A DNA stretch of 64,000 bases, taken from contig OZ242180.1 in the NCBI GenBank assembly GCA_965205485.1, positions 1,088,001 through 1,152,000 on the forward strand. The letters are read 5' to 3'. This document shows, in pieces, positions 38,978-49,590 of this stretch (positions are counted from its first letter, which is position 1; each line of letters opens with the position of its first letter). The position numbers were made by a program, and so were the translations under genes. The stretch comes from Candidatus Latescibacterota bacterium. GTDB taxonomy: Bacteria > Latescibacterota > UBA2968 > GCA-2709665. The notes beneath the pieces are model-generated. The model was not told where the DNA came from and did not search any database. It saw nothing but the letters and a program-made list of their open reading frames with translations.

Positions 38978-39808
38978 TTACAACGCCATTTGGTCTATAA
39001 CATCCATTTCGTCTTCGGACAGCGCCCAGTCGAAGACATCCAGATTGGCGCGGAGGTGTTGTTCCGAACTGGCTTTCGGGATGACGTTCATCCCTTTCTG
39101 TACCAGCCATCTGAGCGCCACGTGCGCGGACGTCCTGTCGTGGCTGCTGGCGATGGTCGTCAGGACGGGATCCTCGAGGATGTTCTTCTTGCCCAGCGGT
39201 GAATAGGCTGTGACAACGACATCGTGTTCCAGGCACCACTGGAGCACGTCGCGTTGCTCATAACCCGGATGATACTTGATCTGGTTCACGCTGATCGGCG
39301 CTTTTGAAACGGAAAACGCCTCCCGCATCTGCTCAACTGAAAAGTTGCTGACGCCGATGCTTCTGGCCTTGCCCGCGTCGAAGATTGCGTTGAACGCGCC
39401 GATGGTCTCTTCCATGGGCACGTCAGGGGGCGGCCAGTGTACCAGGAGCAGGTCCACGTAGTCCATCTGGAGATACTGGAGATTTTCCTCCGCCTGATTG
39501 ATGGCAACTTCGTACTGCAGGTAGTCCTGACCGACTTTGGTCGTGATGAACAGCTCAGACCGGTCGACGCCGGCCTCCTGTAACGCTTCGCCGATCTCGC
39601 GCTGGTTCCCGTAGATCCAGGCCGTATCGAAGTGGGTGTAACCAAGCTCGAGAGCCTGTTTGATCACCCGCTTGCACTGTTCGCCCTTCAGCGGATAGGT
39701 GCCGTGGCCCACCACCGGCATCGTGTGACCGGAAAGCAGAGGCAGGGATTCCATGTTCGACTCCGTGATGTCGGGACGCAAGAGTGTAACGTCATCGTAC
39801 GCTGACAA
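38978..39808 (-). CDS. Aldo/keto reductase (start may be ATG 39754)
   Basis: DTA.IY, ITTK, LLVHWP, IGVSNF, AYSPL, IPKAS. Confidence 0.92.
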   Translation of the reverse strand: MSAYDDVTLLRPDITESNMESLPLLSGHTMPVVGHGTYPLKGEQCKRVIKQALELGYTHFDTAWIYGNQREIGEALQEAGVDRSELFITTKVGQDYLQYEVAINQAEENLQYLQMDYVDLLLVHWPPPDVPMEETIGAFNAIFDAGKARSIGVSNFSVEQMREAFSVSKAPISVNQIKYHPGYEQRDVLQWCLEHDVVVTAYSPLGKKNILEDPVLTTIASSHDRTSAHVALRWLVQKGMNVIPKASSEQHLRANLDVFDWALSEDEMDVIDQMAL

Positions 39809-40137
39809 TTTAGGGCTGCGTCAAACGCGAATACCGCATTGCTGCGGCCCGTAACTTACGAAGAAAAACGCATCGACGGCAAGTTGTAACAGAGCCGGGG
39901 ACAACGGACGGGATGCCCGCCTTCAGGGAGGTGTGACGATGTTGGGGCGGTTGTAGGAATCCGGTTCTCCGCGAAGGGTGTAACCCATGTCTTCCAGCCG
40001 GTGTAGCGGGCGGTAACCGAGGAACTCGGCCTCATTCGGCCGGGTCTTTTTCTTTTTTTCGTTTTGACCCCTTCCTGTGTACTTTGCTGCTACGGAATTC
40101 GGCGTTGATTTTGGCGAGGACGAAAGGAATTCGTGAA

Positions 40138-43100
40138 ATGAAAACCGGACGCACGCTGCATACGGACGACGACGTCCGCAGGATGAAGGACCACGTGGAG
40201 CGGTATCCGGCGGCGAGGAAGATCGCCGATGAGATTGTGGACCGGGCGGAAGCCTGGGCGAAGCTGGATGACGCCTATGTTCGCGACCTGCCGCCACCTG
40301 CGGACATCTTCCGCGGGTTTCTGCCGTCTTTCGACGGGTGTCCGGTCCACGGCGAGGCGGTATTTCAGGCGCCGGGCGGCCCCTGGCAGGTGGATATTTT
40401 CAATCGACCCTGGAAAATCAGGTGCGCCGTGGGCGGCGAGGAGTACCCCTCGAACGACTTCATGGCGTATTACCGGACGGGGGACCGCACGCTGCTTACC
40501 GGCGACTACGCGGACGACGGGCTTGGATGGAACCCGGGGGACGGGCGGTCCCGGTTCTGGTTCGTGGCGCATTACTGTTACAGCCTCTGGCACCGGCTGA
40601 TCCCGGCGCTCCAGGACCTCGGACGCGCGTATCTGATCACCGGAGACGCGCGGTACGGCCGCAAGGGCGCGATCCTGCTGGACAGGATGGCCACGCTGTT
40701 TCCGACCATGGACCACGCCTCCCAATCCTGGTACGGCCTGAATTATCAGGTCGGATATACAGGGCGTTTTCTGTACGCCGTTCAGGAGTCGTTCAACATC
40801 GGGCTCTACGCCGAAGCGTACGACAATCTGTTTCCGGCGTTGCAGTCCAGGAGTGATGTCCATGAATTCCTGAACAAGGAACCCGAAGCGTTGATCCGGC
40901 ACGTGGAAGACAACCTGGTGCGGCAGTCGGTGCGGGATATCTGGGAAGGAAAGATCCGGGGGAACTACGGGCTGCACCAGGCCTCCGCGGTGAAGGCGCT
41001 GGTGGCGATCTACGACGACGCATTTACGGATTGGGCCATCGGGAAACTGGAGACGTTCACGGGATGCGGGCCTACGACGGCGGTCTGGGCGTACGGCGTG
41101 GAGGGATGGGACCACGCGCTGGACAATTTCCTCTTCCGGGACGGTGTCTCGTTCGAGGTGGCGATCGGTTATTCTGCCGGCTGCTGGACGCGCTATATGC
41201 TGGATACGGACCTGGTGCTGAAGCGCCTGGGCAAACGAAGGCTGCCCGGGGAGCACGTGCGTTCGCTGGGCAGCTGGTCCCGGCGACTGGCGTGCTGGGG
41301 CGGCATGATGCCGTCGATCGCGGATACGGGCGCCGGGGTCACCTACCCCATGCTGGACGCTTCATCACTTCAGCGGTTTTACCGGGGCTACGGGTGGCCG
41401 GAGTATGCAAGAGCACTCTTGAACGAGGGCGTGACCGATGAAAGCGGGTTCAGGAGTTACGACGACCTGTTCGAAGCGCCGCTGACGCGAGCCGAACTGG
41501 AGCGCGCCGCGGGCGACCTGCCGCAGTGGCCGGAAACGAGCGATAACCTCGGCGGAACGGGATTCGTGATCCTGCGCAGCGGCCGGGCGGAGAATCAACT
41601 GGCGGCGGTACTCCAATACGGGCACGCCAACGCCGGCCACGCGCATCGGGACCGGCTGAACCTGGAGGTCATCGCGGGCAACAAACGGGTCGTGCCCGAT
41701 ACGGGCTATCCCACCCACGCCGCCGAACATCCGGACCCGCCGGCCTGGGAGAAAAATACCGCCAGCCACGTCACGGTGGTGGTGAACGAGAGCCGGCAGG
41801 ACACGGCGGACGAAGGCCGCCTTGAGCGGTTTGGAGCGGTCCCTCACGTGCAGCACGTGGAACTGTCCGCGCCGCGGGCCTACCTGGATACCGACGTGTA
41901 TCGCCGGGGGGTGACGCTGCTGGACCTGGCGCCTGACCTGCAGGTACTCGTGGACCTCTTCCACGTCAGGGGCGGCTGGGCGCACGACTATTCGTTCCAC
42001 GGGTTCGACGGGGCGTTTTCGACCTCGGGCATGGCGTTTCAGGCGCAGGAGGGCGGCACGCTGGCGGGGCCGGCCGTCCCGTTCCGGAAGCTGTACGACG
42101 ACCCCGAACTGGAACGGCACGCAAGCCTGCCGGGGCTGCCCGGGACAGACGGAAAGCGCAGCTACCACTCGTACCGGGGCAGCGGCTTTTCCTACCTGTA
42201 TGACGTGAAGCGCGGGCGGCCGGCGGGCGAGTTCCGGGCCGATTGGCGGGACGAGGAGATGGGACTGCGCATGATCGTCCCGGAGGGCGTCGCTCAGGAA
42301 GTCATCACGGCCCACGGGAAGCCGCCCAGCAAGCCCGGTGCCGCGGAACACCTCGACTACGTCCTCCTGCGAAATCGGGCAGGCCGCCTGCAGGAGGCCC
42401 TGAACAGCCTCTTCGCCGTTGTCTGCGAAGCCTATCGGAAACATCCGAAGCTGACGGGCGTCCGGCGCCTGGGCCTGGTCGAGGACGAGGATGCGATCGG
42501 ACTCGAGATTTCCTGGCAGGGCGGGAAGTGTTATCTGCTGAACGCGCTGTTGGACGAAGCGAGATCTATCTTCGAGGACGGACTCGAACTGGACGGTGGA
42601 TTCGGCGTGTTGACCCTGGGCGCGAACGACCGCCCTTTGTGGGCATGTCTGGCGGGAAGGCGGTTGAAGTCCGATGGCGTGGAGGTGGAGGGTCCCGGCA
42701 CATGGCGAGGACGAATTGCGGGAATCGACGCCGAAAACTGCCGGGTGACGGTGACTTCGGAAACCGGCGAAGCGCCTCCCGCGGGCGAGACCCTGATGGT
42801 GTCGAACCCGCCTCACGTATGCAACTTCCCCATCAAGTCGGTCGAAGCGTCGGACGACGGATGGCAGTGTTCGCTGGACGCGGAGCGACTGCACATCGGA
42901 CGTTTCGTGGTGGAAGCGGAGACGGAGGACGGCCTGCTGACCAGGACGTGGATTCACCGGGAATGGGAGGATACCGAAGACTCGGGATGCCACTATCTCA
43001 AGGGCGCACGGCTGGCTTACAGAAAGCGGCTGCACACCATCGAGCGGGTGATACCGCGCGAGGAAGGCGGGCACAGGTTCGTGCTGCGCGATCCGATTCC

Positions 43101-43194
43101 GTGGCCCGGCGCGCCCGACGACCTGCCGTTGATCTACGATCTGGGTCCGGGGGACGCGTGTGCGGTTCGGCCGATGGTGTTTGAGGCGCTTTGA
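40138..43194 (+). CDS. Heparinase II/III-like polysaccharide lyase
   Basis: GNYG.H, DG.SFE...GY, GHAHRDRLNL, DTGYP, TASHVTVVVN; no signal peptide. Confidence 0.8.
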   Translation: MKTGRTLHTDDDVRRMKDHVERYPAARKIADEIVDRAEAWAKLDDAYVRDLPPPADIFRGFLPSFDGCPVHGEAVFQAPGGPWQVDIFNRPWKIRCAVGGEEYPSNDFMAYYRTGDRTLLTGDYADDGLGWNPGDGRSRFWFVAHYCYSLWHRLIPALQDLGRAYLITGDARYGRKGAILLDRMATLFPTMDHASQSWYGLNYQVGYTGRFLYAVQESFNIGLYAEAYDNLFPALQSRSDVHEFLNKEPEALIRHVEDNLVRQSVRDIWEGKIRGNYGLHQASAVKALVAIYDDAFTDWAIGKLETFTGCGPTTAVWAYGVEGWDHALDNFLFRDGVSFEVAIGYSAGCWTRYMLDTDLVLKRLGKRRLPGEHVRSLGSWSRRLACWGGMMPSIADTGAGVTYPMLDASSLQRFYRGYGWPEYARALLNEGVTDESGFRSYDDLFEAPLTRAELERAAGDLPQWPETSDNLGGTGFVILRSGRAENQLAAVLQYGHANAGHAHRDRLNLEVIAGNKRVVPDTGYPTHAAEHPDPPAWEKNTASHVTVVVNESRQDTADEGRLERFGAVPHVQHVELSAPRAYLDTDVYRRGVTLLDLAPDLQVLVDLFHVRGGWAHDYSFHGFDGAFSTSGMAFQAQEGGTLAGPAVPFRKLYDDPELERHASLPGLPGTDGKRSYHSYRGSGFSYLYDVKRGRPAGEFRADWRDEEMGLRMIVPEGVAQEVITAHGKPPSKPGAAEHLDYVLLRNRAGRLQEALNSLFAVVCEAYRKHPKLTGVRRLGLVEDEDAIGLEISWQGGKCYLLNALLDEARSIFEDGLELDGGFGVLTLGANDRPLWACLAGRRLKSDGVEVEGPGTWRGRIAGIDAENCRVTVTSETGEAPPAGETLMVSNPPHVCNFPIKSVEASDDGWQCSLDAERLHIGRFVVEAETEDGLLTRTWIHREWEDTEDSGCHYLKGARLAYRKRLHTIERVIPREEGGHRFVLRDPIPWPGAPDDLPLIYDLGPGDACAVRPMVFEAL

Positions 43195-43276
43195 GTGAAG
43201 CGGACGGGCGGAGACTCGAACCCGTTGTAATGTTCAATCGAGACGATACGCGAAAATGAGCTAAGGAGGGAAGCAT

Positions 43277-44311
43277 ATGAAGCAGCGCGCAGGTGTGATC
43301 GGCCTTGGCATTATGGGCAACAGCGTGACGCAGGTCCTGCACCGGAACCCGCTGGTTGAGCTGGCAGCATTCTGTACGCTGGACGCGGAAAAGCTGGGCA
43401 GGGCGCAGGACGAGTTTTCGGTTTCCGCCGGGTATGTGAACTATCACGAGATGCTGGAGAATGAGACGCTGGACATCGTCTATATCGCCACGCCTGACTG
43501 GGCGCACCGGGACCCGGTCATCGCATGCCTGGAGGCGGGTTGTCACGTACACGTCGAGAAGCCGATGACAACCGACCTCGAAGAGGCCACCGAGATCGTG
43601 GAGGCCGTGAAACGCACCGGTCTGAAGCTCCAGGTCTCGTACAATCACCGGTGGCTGGCGCCGTACAACGCCACCTGGAACATGATCCGTGACGGGGAAA
43701 TCGGCAGACCGCTGATGGGCTACGCGCGCAAGAACAACCCCATATCCGTGCCGACCGAGATGTTGCCATGGTCCGCGAAGTCTTCGCCGGCCTGGTTCCT
43801 GTCGGCGCACGATATCGACCTGATATGCTGGTGGTTCGATCAGAGTCCCGTCGAGGTCCACGGCTACGGGATCAAGAAGGTGCTGGCCGCCAGGGGAATC
43901 GATACGTACGACATGATGCAGGGGCTCGTGAAGTTCGACGGCGGTTCCGTCGCCACGTTCGAGTCGGCCTGGATCTACCCCAATACCCATCCGTCGATGC
44001 CGGACTCCTTCATGCAGGTGATCGGTGAAAAGGGCCACGTTAATCTGGACCGGAAGGCCGAGGCGATCGAAATGAGTACGGAGGAGAAATTCAAGTGGCC
44101 GCGGTCGTTGCTGAACTACCGGGTGTTCGACAAGTGGGTAGGGGCGTTTCCGTCGTGCGTGAACAGCTTTGTCGACGCCGTGATCGAGGATCGGGCCCCG
44201 TTTGTGACGGCACTGGACGGGTGGCGCGCCACGGCCGTGCTGGACGCCTGGCACCAGTCCATCGAGAACGGCGGCATCGTGCGCGTTGCGGATGCCCCGG
44301 AGTGGCCGTAG
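43277..44311 (+). CDS. Gfo/Idh/MocA oxidoreductase
   Basis: GLGIMG, ATPD..H, VEKP, HDID; AAGGAGG SD. Confidence 0.92.
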   Translation: MKQRAGVIGLGIMGNSVTQVLHRNPLVELAAFCTLDAEKLGRAQDEFSVSAGYVNYHEMLENETLDIVYIATPDWAHRDPVIACLEAGCHVHVEKPMTTDLEEATEIVEAVKRTGLKLQVSYNHRWLAPYNATWNMIRDGEIGRPLMGYARKNNPISVPTEMLPWSAKSSPAWFLSAHDIDLICWWFDQSPVEVHGYGIKKVLAARGIDTYDMMQGLVKFDGGSVATFESAWIYPNTHPSMPDSFMQVIGEKGHVNLDRKAEAIEMSTEEKFKWPRSLLNYRVFDKWVGAFPSCVNSFVDAVIEDRAPFVTALDGWRATAVLDAWHQSIENGGIVRVADAPEWP

Positions 44312-44493
44312 ATAGCAGTCCGTTGGAAGCGTCGCTCTGGAGGCGAGGCCGAGTCATCGTGGCCGGAGACAAGGCGGCGACCGTGTCGAATCTTGGGATT
44401 CTGGAAGGGAGTGCAACGCAGTCATGCGGCCACAAGGGCCGGACGCAGCCCGGATAGACTCTTTCAAAGGGCTGCTTGACCGAGGACGACTTA

Positions 44494-45342
44494 ATGACAG
44501 GTGGAGAGAAACGGATCGGGTTTGTGGATGACAATCTGGAGAACTTCCACGCCAACGTCTACCTGAAACTGCTCCGGAACGAACTGAAGCATCGGGGTTT
44601 CGTGGTGGCGGGGTGTACGGGGTTGCGTCCGAGAGCCGGCAGGAAGTGGGCCGAGGCGAACGGCGTTGCCTGGTTCTCCAACGCGGACGGGTTGAACGAG
44701 GCGGTGGACTGTTTCATGGTACTGGCGCCCTCCACCCCGGAGACGCACCTCGAGCTGTGCGAACAGGTATTTCCTTTCGGAAAACCCACGTACGTGGACA
44801 AGACCTTTGCCCCGGACCTGCGCACGGCCAGACGGATCTTCGCGCTCGCCGACAGGCATCGGGTGCCCATGCAGACAAGCTCAGCGCTGCGCTATACCGA
44901 AGTGCAGGGCTACGTGGAAGCCGTCGGGAACAGGCAGGTCCGGCACATGGTCACCTGGGGCGGCGGCAGGTCATTCGGAGAATACGCGATCCATCCCCTT
45001 GAACTGGCCGTCAGCTGTATGGGTCCCGGTGTGCGCCGGCTGATGCGCCGCGGGGCGGGAAAACAGTCTCAACTGCTGCTGGATTATACGGGAGGACGGA
45101 CCGCGGTCGTGAACGTTTATACGGGATCGAGTACACCCTATGCGGCTTCGGTGACCACTGCCCAGGCGACGCGGTACTTCCAGGTCGACTCCGGCCGCAT
45201 CTTTCTGAACACCGCGGATGCCGTGCTGGACCTGTTCGAATCCGGAGAACCAGGCATCGACAGGAAGGAAAGCCTGATCATCCGCAGGATTCTGGACGTG
45301 GCCGGTCAGAAGCGGGTATTGTCGGGATTCGTGAATGTGTAA
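44494..45342 (+). CDS. Gfo/Idh/MocA-like oxidoreductase (atypical)
   Basis: GKPTYVDKTFA, SSALRY, YAIHPLE. Confidence 0.7.
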   Translation: MTGGEKRIGFVDDNLENFHANVYLKLLRNELKHRGFVVAGCTGLRPRAGRKWAEANGVAWFSNADGLNEAVDCFMVLAPSTPETHLELCEQVFPFGKPTYVDKTFAPDLRTARRIFALADRHRVPMQTSSALRYTEVQGYVEAVGNRQVRHMVTWGGGRSFGEYAIHPLELAVSCMGPGVRRLMRRGAGKQSQLLLDYTGGRTAVVNVYTGSSTPYAASVTTAQATRYFQVDSGRIFLNTADAVLDLFESGEPGIDRKESLIIRRILDVAGQKRVLSGFVNV

Positions 45343-45346
45343 TTGA

Positions 45347-45455
45347 GACCTACCCCCTGACCCCCTTCCTGAAGGAAGGGGGAAACTTTCACCACTTGTA
45401 GACACTTCGTTCTGCTCCCCCGTTCCTTTAGGAAGGGGGCCGGGGGGGAGAGGTC
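45347..45455. repeat. Palindromic MITE/REP-like element between convergent genes
   Basis: Terminal IR GACCTACCCCCTGACCCCCTTCCT / AGGAAGGGGGCCGGGGGGGAGAGGTC; each arm has its own hairpin. Confidence 0.6.
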
Positions 45456-45506
45456 CCGCAGCCATCACGAATCGATATCGCCAGGCCGTATCGTAGACCA
45501 GGTTTG

Positions 45507-45534
45507 GCTGATTGCTGACGGCTGATAGCTGACA
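45507..45534 (+). repeat. GCTGANN heptamer x4
   Basis: GCTGATT GCTGACG GCTGATA GCTGACA. Confidence 0.7.
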
Positions 45535-45549
45535 GCTTCCATCGCTTCT

Positions 45550-48264
45550 TCACTCCTTCGCCACATACGCCACGCTCTTCAGCAACGTGACGGTGTCGCA
45601 TTCTGTGGCGGGGTAATCCCGAACCGTGATGGATTCTTCGGTGGCGTCCTCGATTTCGTACCCGGTATCGCCGCACAGGAGACAGGTGCCCGGAAGGGTA
45701 TCGGGATCGGGCACAGCGTTCCGCAGGTGGTAGGTGCGATCGGTGACGCGGGCGACTTCAAGGGAGACCTCTTCCCGGTCGATGGTCAGCCCATGCCCGT
45801 TGCAGCGGAGTTCGGTGCCGCAAAGCAGATACGCGCGGAGCAGACGGCCGTCGTCATCGACGGACGCAAAGGCGAACCGGCCCGATACGGACAGCGGTCC
45901 GATGTCGTGGACACCGCCGTCCGGCGCGGAGTAGACGTAGTCCGTACATCCCTCGCGACAGACGGCGACCGCCATCGCGCCGGTGTCCGCATCGTCCAGC
46001 ACGAGTCGGGACGACAGGACGGGCGATCGATTTGTGTAGGGTGAAATCACCGCGGCAAATCCGCTCTTCAGGTGCGTGTCGCCGCGGCGTTCCGCCAGGA
46101 CCTGCTGCACGGGCGGAGCGTTGAGTTCCTCCCCCAGGTCCGAACGCCATCCCGGCGCATCCACCAACAGCAGGCGATGGACGGGGTTGAGCAGGGTGAG
46201 TTCAATTCCCACGCCGTTGTTGTCCCAGGTTGCGGTGAACGGACCCCGGGGTTGGGCTGCGCGGATATTGGACAGCCATTCGATTTGATCGTCGACGGGT
46301 TCCGGGGCGGCGCCGAAAATACCCGTGAGGCGGCCGTTGCTGTGAAAGCCGTACTGGTGAAGAACGCCCCCGGCGACCCGGAACAGGTCGACAGCGTAGG
46401 TCTGATCGCCGGGGACCTGGACCAGCACGCAGGTGCGCCGGTACAGGTCGCACTGCTCGTAAGGCGCGGCGGACGCCTGCACGACTTCAATGCCCGAGCC
46501 CGTTCCGAACAGTTCCAGCGCGGCGGGCTTGTTGTCGCCGGCCTGACTACGGCCGTCCACGGTGACGATGTTGTGTGCAAGCGTGCTGCCGGTCCACGCG
46601 TTTCTGGGGTCGTCCCAGATGTATCCCCTGTCGGCCGCCATCTCCCGGCCATGGGCGACATAGATGATGCCCAGGGTGTCCCGGTGGCGATGGCCGCCGT
46701 ACGCGTAGCCGTTCAGATAAAAAGCGGTATGCCCCCGTGGATTTCCCGCTCGCAGAACGCCGACGTGCCAGCCGGGAAACCATTCCGTACGGTGCGGCAG
46801 GCCGGTCTCGTCGTCCGCTCTCAGATCGGGATCCCGATGCCAGAGGGCGTATTCCTCCCCTTTCTCCGCCAACGGCGCCCCCTGTGAGTTTTCCACCAGA
46901 CCGGCGTAGCGGCTGCCGTAATGGGCGGCGAGCGTCTCGGCGTAGACGGGTTCGATGCTTCGGCCTTCCCTGGAGTCTCCGATAACCGGTTCCTGCAGGT
47001 TCGGGTCCAGCATGCGGACCATGCTTTCCAGCGCCAGACGGTAGCGGTCGAAGTGCCGGAATGGATCCAGGTTCTTCATGGCGGCGCCAGTCCCCGGTTC
47101 GTACCCCTCGGGGTCGGAGTACCCGTCGAGCAGTTCCGGAATCTCTCGCAACTGGTTGAGGTGCATGGCCGAATAGCTCGGCGACTCCGTGCAGAAGCCG
47201 TCGAAATGGAAGGCGTCGTCCATCAGCAACTCGAACCCCTCGACAGCGCGGCGCACGCTTTCCGGCTTATTGAAGAGAATACCCACCGCGGCGCTGAGCG
47301 CCCGCCCGGGACCGCATTTGTTGTTGATGTCATTCCAGTTTTCGGTGTCTGCACACCCCGCCAGGATCAGGTCGTCCACGATGCGCCGGTCCATATCCGG
47401 CGTGATGACGGGTGAACCGTCCGCCTGCCGGGCGCTCCTGACCAGTTCGTAGGCCTGCACGATCGAAAGAAGGTACCAACCGTCGGAACCGCTGCACCCG
47501 AAGCGTCCGGCGCCCCAGAAGCCGTTGTTGAGTACGGCGTGGTCACCCACCCGGTGCCGGCCCTCGAAGGCGGAGATGATGGTTTCTACGGGGAAGCGGC
47601 CCGCGGGGGGATATTTGCCCATGGATTCCGCGACCTCTGCCGGCGGACAGTCCGCAACGGTGCCATCGTAGGAGTGAAACAACCAGTTGGGATACCTCCG
47701 CGCCATACAGTCCATGATCCACGCGCTCATCTGCGCGTACCGGACGTCGCCGGTGAGTGCGTACAGCTTGGCGAGAGGGGATATCTTCTCGAAGCACCAG
47801 CGGCCCTTCTTCGCGCGGATGACGCCGGTCCAGCTTGTATGCACCGGCGTGCGGACCCATTTGAACGCGTGTTCACCCGATCTGTCTTCGGGGTGCGCGC
47901 GTTCCGCCTCGGTAAGATAGAAGGTGAACGTCTGGTTCATCCGGGGCGCGGTAACGCTGCCCGTCTCCGGATAATCGGCGTTGGGGTACTCGGTTCCGCA
48001 GTATTTGCAGACGAGCCGGTCCGGATCGGCCGGGTCCCAATCGTAGATACCGGTTTCGCCCATGGACGAGAGACGGTCCACGCAGACGGGACAGTTCTGG
48101 CCGTACTCCGGCCAGAGGGTGAGTTCGGATATCATCGCCTCGACGAAATCCCGGTCCCGGCTGACGATATAGTCAACCTCTTTCTTCCAGGCTTCGACGA
48201 TGGCCTGCGCCCAGGTGTAGCGCCGCACGTTTTCGCGTGCGCGTTCGACGTTGAGAAGCGGCAT
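45550..48264 (-). CDS. Heparinase II/III-like polysaccharide lyase with CxxC...CxxC motif
   Basis: CPVC, CKYC; DG...ESPSY; GHRHRDTL, DRGY, TLAHNIVTVDG. Confidence 0.8.
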   Translation of the reverse strand: MPLLNVERARENVRRYTWAQAIVEAWKKEVDYIVSRDRDFVEAMISELTLWPEYGQNCPVCVDRLSSMGETGIYDWDPADPDRLVCKYCGTEYPNADYPETGSVTAPRMNQTFTFYLTEAERAHPEDRSGEHAFKWVRTPVHTSWTGVIRAKKGRWCFEKISPLAKLYALTGDVRYAQMSAWIMDCMARRYPNWLFHSYDGTVADCPPAEVAESMGKYPPAGRFPVETIISAFEGRHRVGDHAVLNNGFWGAGRFGCSGSDGWYLLSIVQAYELVRSARQADGSPVITPDMDRRIVDDLILAGCADTENWNDINNKCGPGRALSAAVGILFNKPESVRRAVEGFELLMDDAFHFDGFCTESPSYSAMHLNQLREIPELLDGYSDPEGYEPGTGAAMKNLDPFRHFDRYRLALESMVRMLDPNLQEPVIGDSREGRSIEPVYAETLAAHYGSRYAGLVENSQGAPLAEKGEEYALWHRDPDLRADDETGLPHRTEWFPGWHVGVLRAGNPRGHTAFYLNGYAYGGHRHRDTLGIIYVAHGREMAADRGYIWDDPRNAWTGSTLAHNIVTVDGRSQAGDNKPAALELFGTGSGIEVVQASAAPYEQCDLYRRTCVLVQVPGDQTYAVDLFRVAGGVLHQYGFHSNGRLTGIFGAAPEPVDDQIEWLSNIRAAQPRGPFTATWDNNGVGIELTLLNPVHRLLLVDAPGWRSDLGEELNAPPVQQVLAERRGDTHLKSGFAAVISPYTNRSPVLSSRLVLDDADTGAMAVAVCREGCTDYVYSAPDGGVHDIGPLSVSGRFAFASVDDDGRLLRAYLLCGTELRCNGHGLTIDREEVSLEVARVTDRTYHLRNAVPDPDTLPGTCLLCGDTGYEIEDATEESITVRDYPATECDTVTLLKSVAYVAKE

Positions 48265-48321
48265 GGCATCTCCTGTTCCTGCGATTCAGCCCCCACCCTC
48301 CGGCGGGCGGGGACTGCACGA

Positions 48322-49536
48322 CTATTTCTCCATGAACGGACCGTCCTGTTCAATGCGTTCCAGCGTCTCCTGAAACGCTTCCGTGCCGTCGTCTTCCCAC
48401 ACCTCCAGGCGTATGCCCCGGGTATTGCCTTCGGGAAATCCCGTGACCCGGGGCACGTTTGGAAACCCTTTCGTGTAGAGCCTGTTTCCGCCTGGCAGGT
48501 GCAGGATGCCGATTGTGGTTGGGATAACCGTGGGTTCGTTGGCAGCGCATTCGGCCAGCGCGTCTTCGTCGACCTCGACGCCCAGGCCGGGACCCTCCGG
48601 TATGGGAGACGAACCCGCCGCCACCTCGATCCGCTGTTTGACAACGTCCTGGTCGTACTGGTCGTCCAGGTTCGTGCAATGGGCGACATTTGGTATTACG
48701 GCGCCCATGTGCAGGGCCATCGCCTTGGTCAGCGTACCGCCGGTAAGCTGGATGACCGATGAGACATTGGCCAGGGCCGCGGCAAATCCGCGCACGAGGG
48801 TGGGGCCGATTCCGCCTTCGCCGATCATATAGGCGTCGGCGCAGCCCCGTATGATTTCCTGCCCGCCGCCGAGTTGCGGCACGTGCATCAGGAGCGGGAA
48901 GCTGGTCTTCTGCCGCAACAGGCGCCACCCTTCCACGTCGGAAAGAACGAGGGGGTCCTCGATCATCCCCACCACGGGCGAGTCTTCCAGTACCTTCAGG
49001 ATTCGCAAGACGGCTGCAAGCGGCCGGTTGTGATTGAAGTCGTAGTGCATCTTGAATCCCGGCGGCGCCACGTCCTCCACGGCCCGGGTCTGTTCAAGGA
49101 CGTCGTAATGGGCGCAGGTGTGGATCTTGAAGATCATGTATCCTTCCCCGACGGCCCGCTGGACGTCTTTGGCCAGGTCTTCCGGCGACGCGGGCCGGGT
49201 CCACGCCGCCACGGGCACCCGGTCGCGAATCCTCTGACCCATGAGTTTATACGCCGGAATCTCCAGATGCTTGCCCATGACGTCGTACAGGGCCCCCATC
49301 ATGCCCGAATTCAGATTGGCGTTGATGTAGTCGAAGGGATCGCGCCCGATAACGTGCTCGACGGTGGACAGGTCGGGCGCCTCACAGCGCGCATCGCCGT
49401 ACCCGACGATGCCGTTGTCCGTCGTTATCTTGAAAATGGTACGGTGGTTCAGGTTGATGAAACGGGTCTTCTGATCGGCATTCCGTGCCGCGATTTTCGG
49501 GTAGATCGGGATGATGTCGACGTCGGTGATCTTCAT
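48322..49536 (-). CDS. Mandelate racemase/enolase superfamily enzyme
   Basis: TD.G.VGYG, ALYD..GK...P.Y.L.G, FKIH, DFN, IEDP, PGLGVEVD. Confidence 0.85.
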   Translation of the reverse strand: MKITDVDIIPIYPKIAARNADQKTRFINLNHRTIFKITTDNGIVGYGDARCEAPDLSTVEHVIGRDPFDYINANLNSGMMGALYDVMGKHLEIPAYKLMGQRIRDRVPVAAWTRPASPEDLAKDVQRAVGEGYMIFKIHTCAHYDVLEQTRAVEDVAPPGFKMHYDFNHNRPLAAVLRILKVLEDSPVVGMIEDPLVLSDVEGWRLLRQKTSFPLLMHVPQLGGGQEIIRGCADAYMIGEGGIGPTLVRGFAAALANVSSVIQLTGGTLTKAMALHMGAVIPNVAHCTNLDDQYDQDVVKQRIEVAAGSSPIPEGPGLGVEVDEDALAECAANEPTVIPTTIGILHLPGGNRLYTKGFPNVPRVTGFPEGNTRGIRLEVWEDDGTEAFQETLERIEQDGPFMEK

Positions 49537-49590
49537 GGTGATTTCCTTTAGTGTGGGGATGACCGGCGGGACGTGAACTTAAAACTGAGC

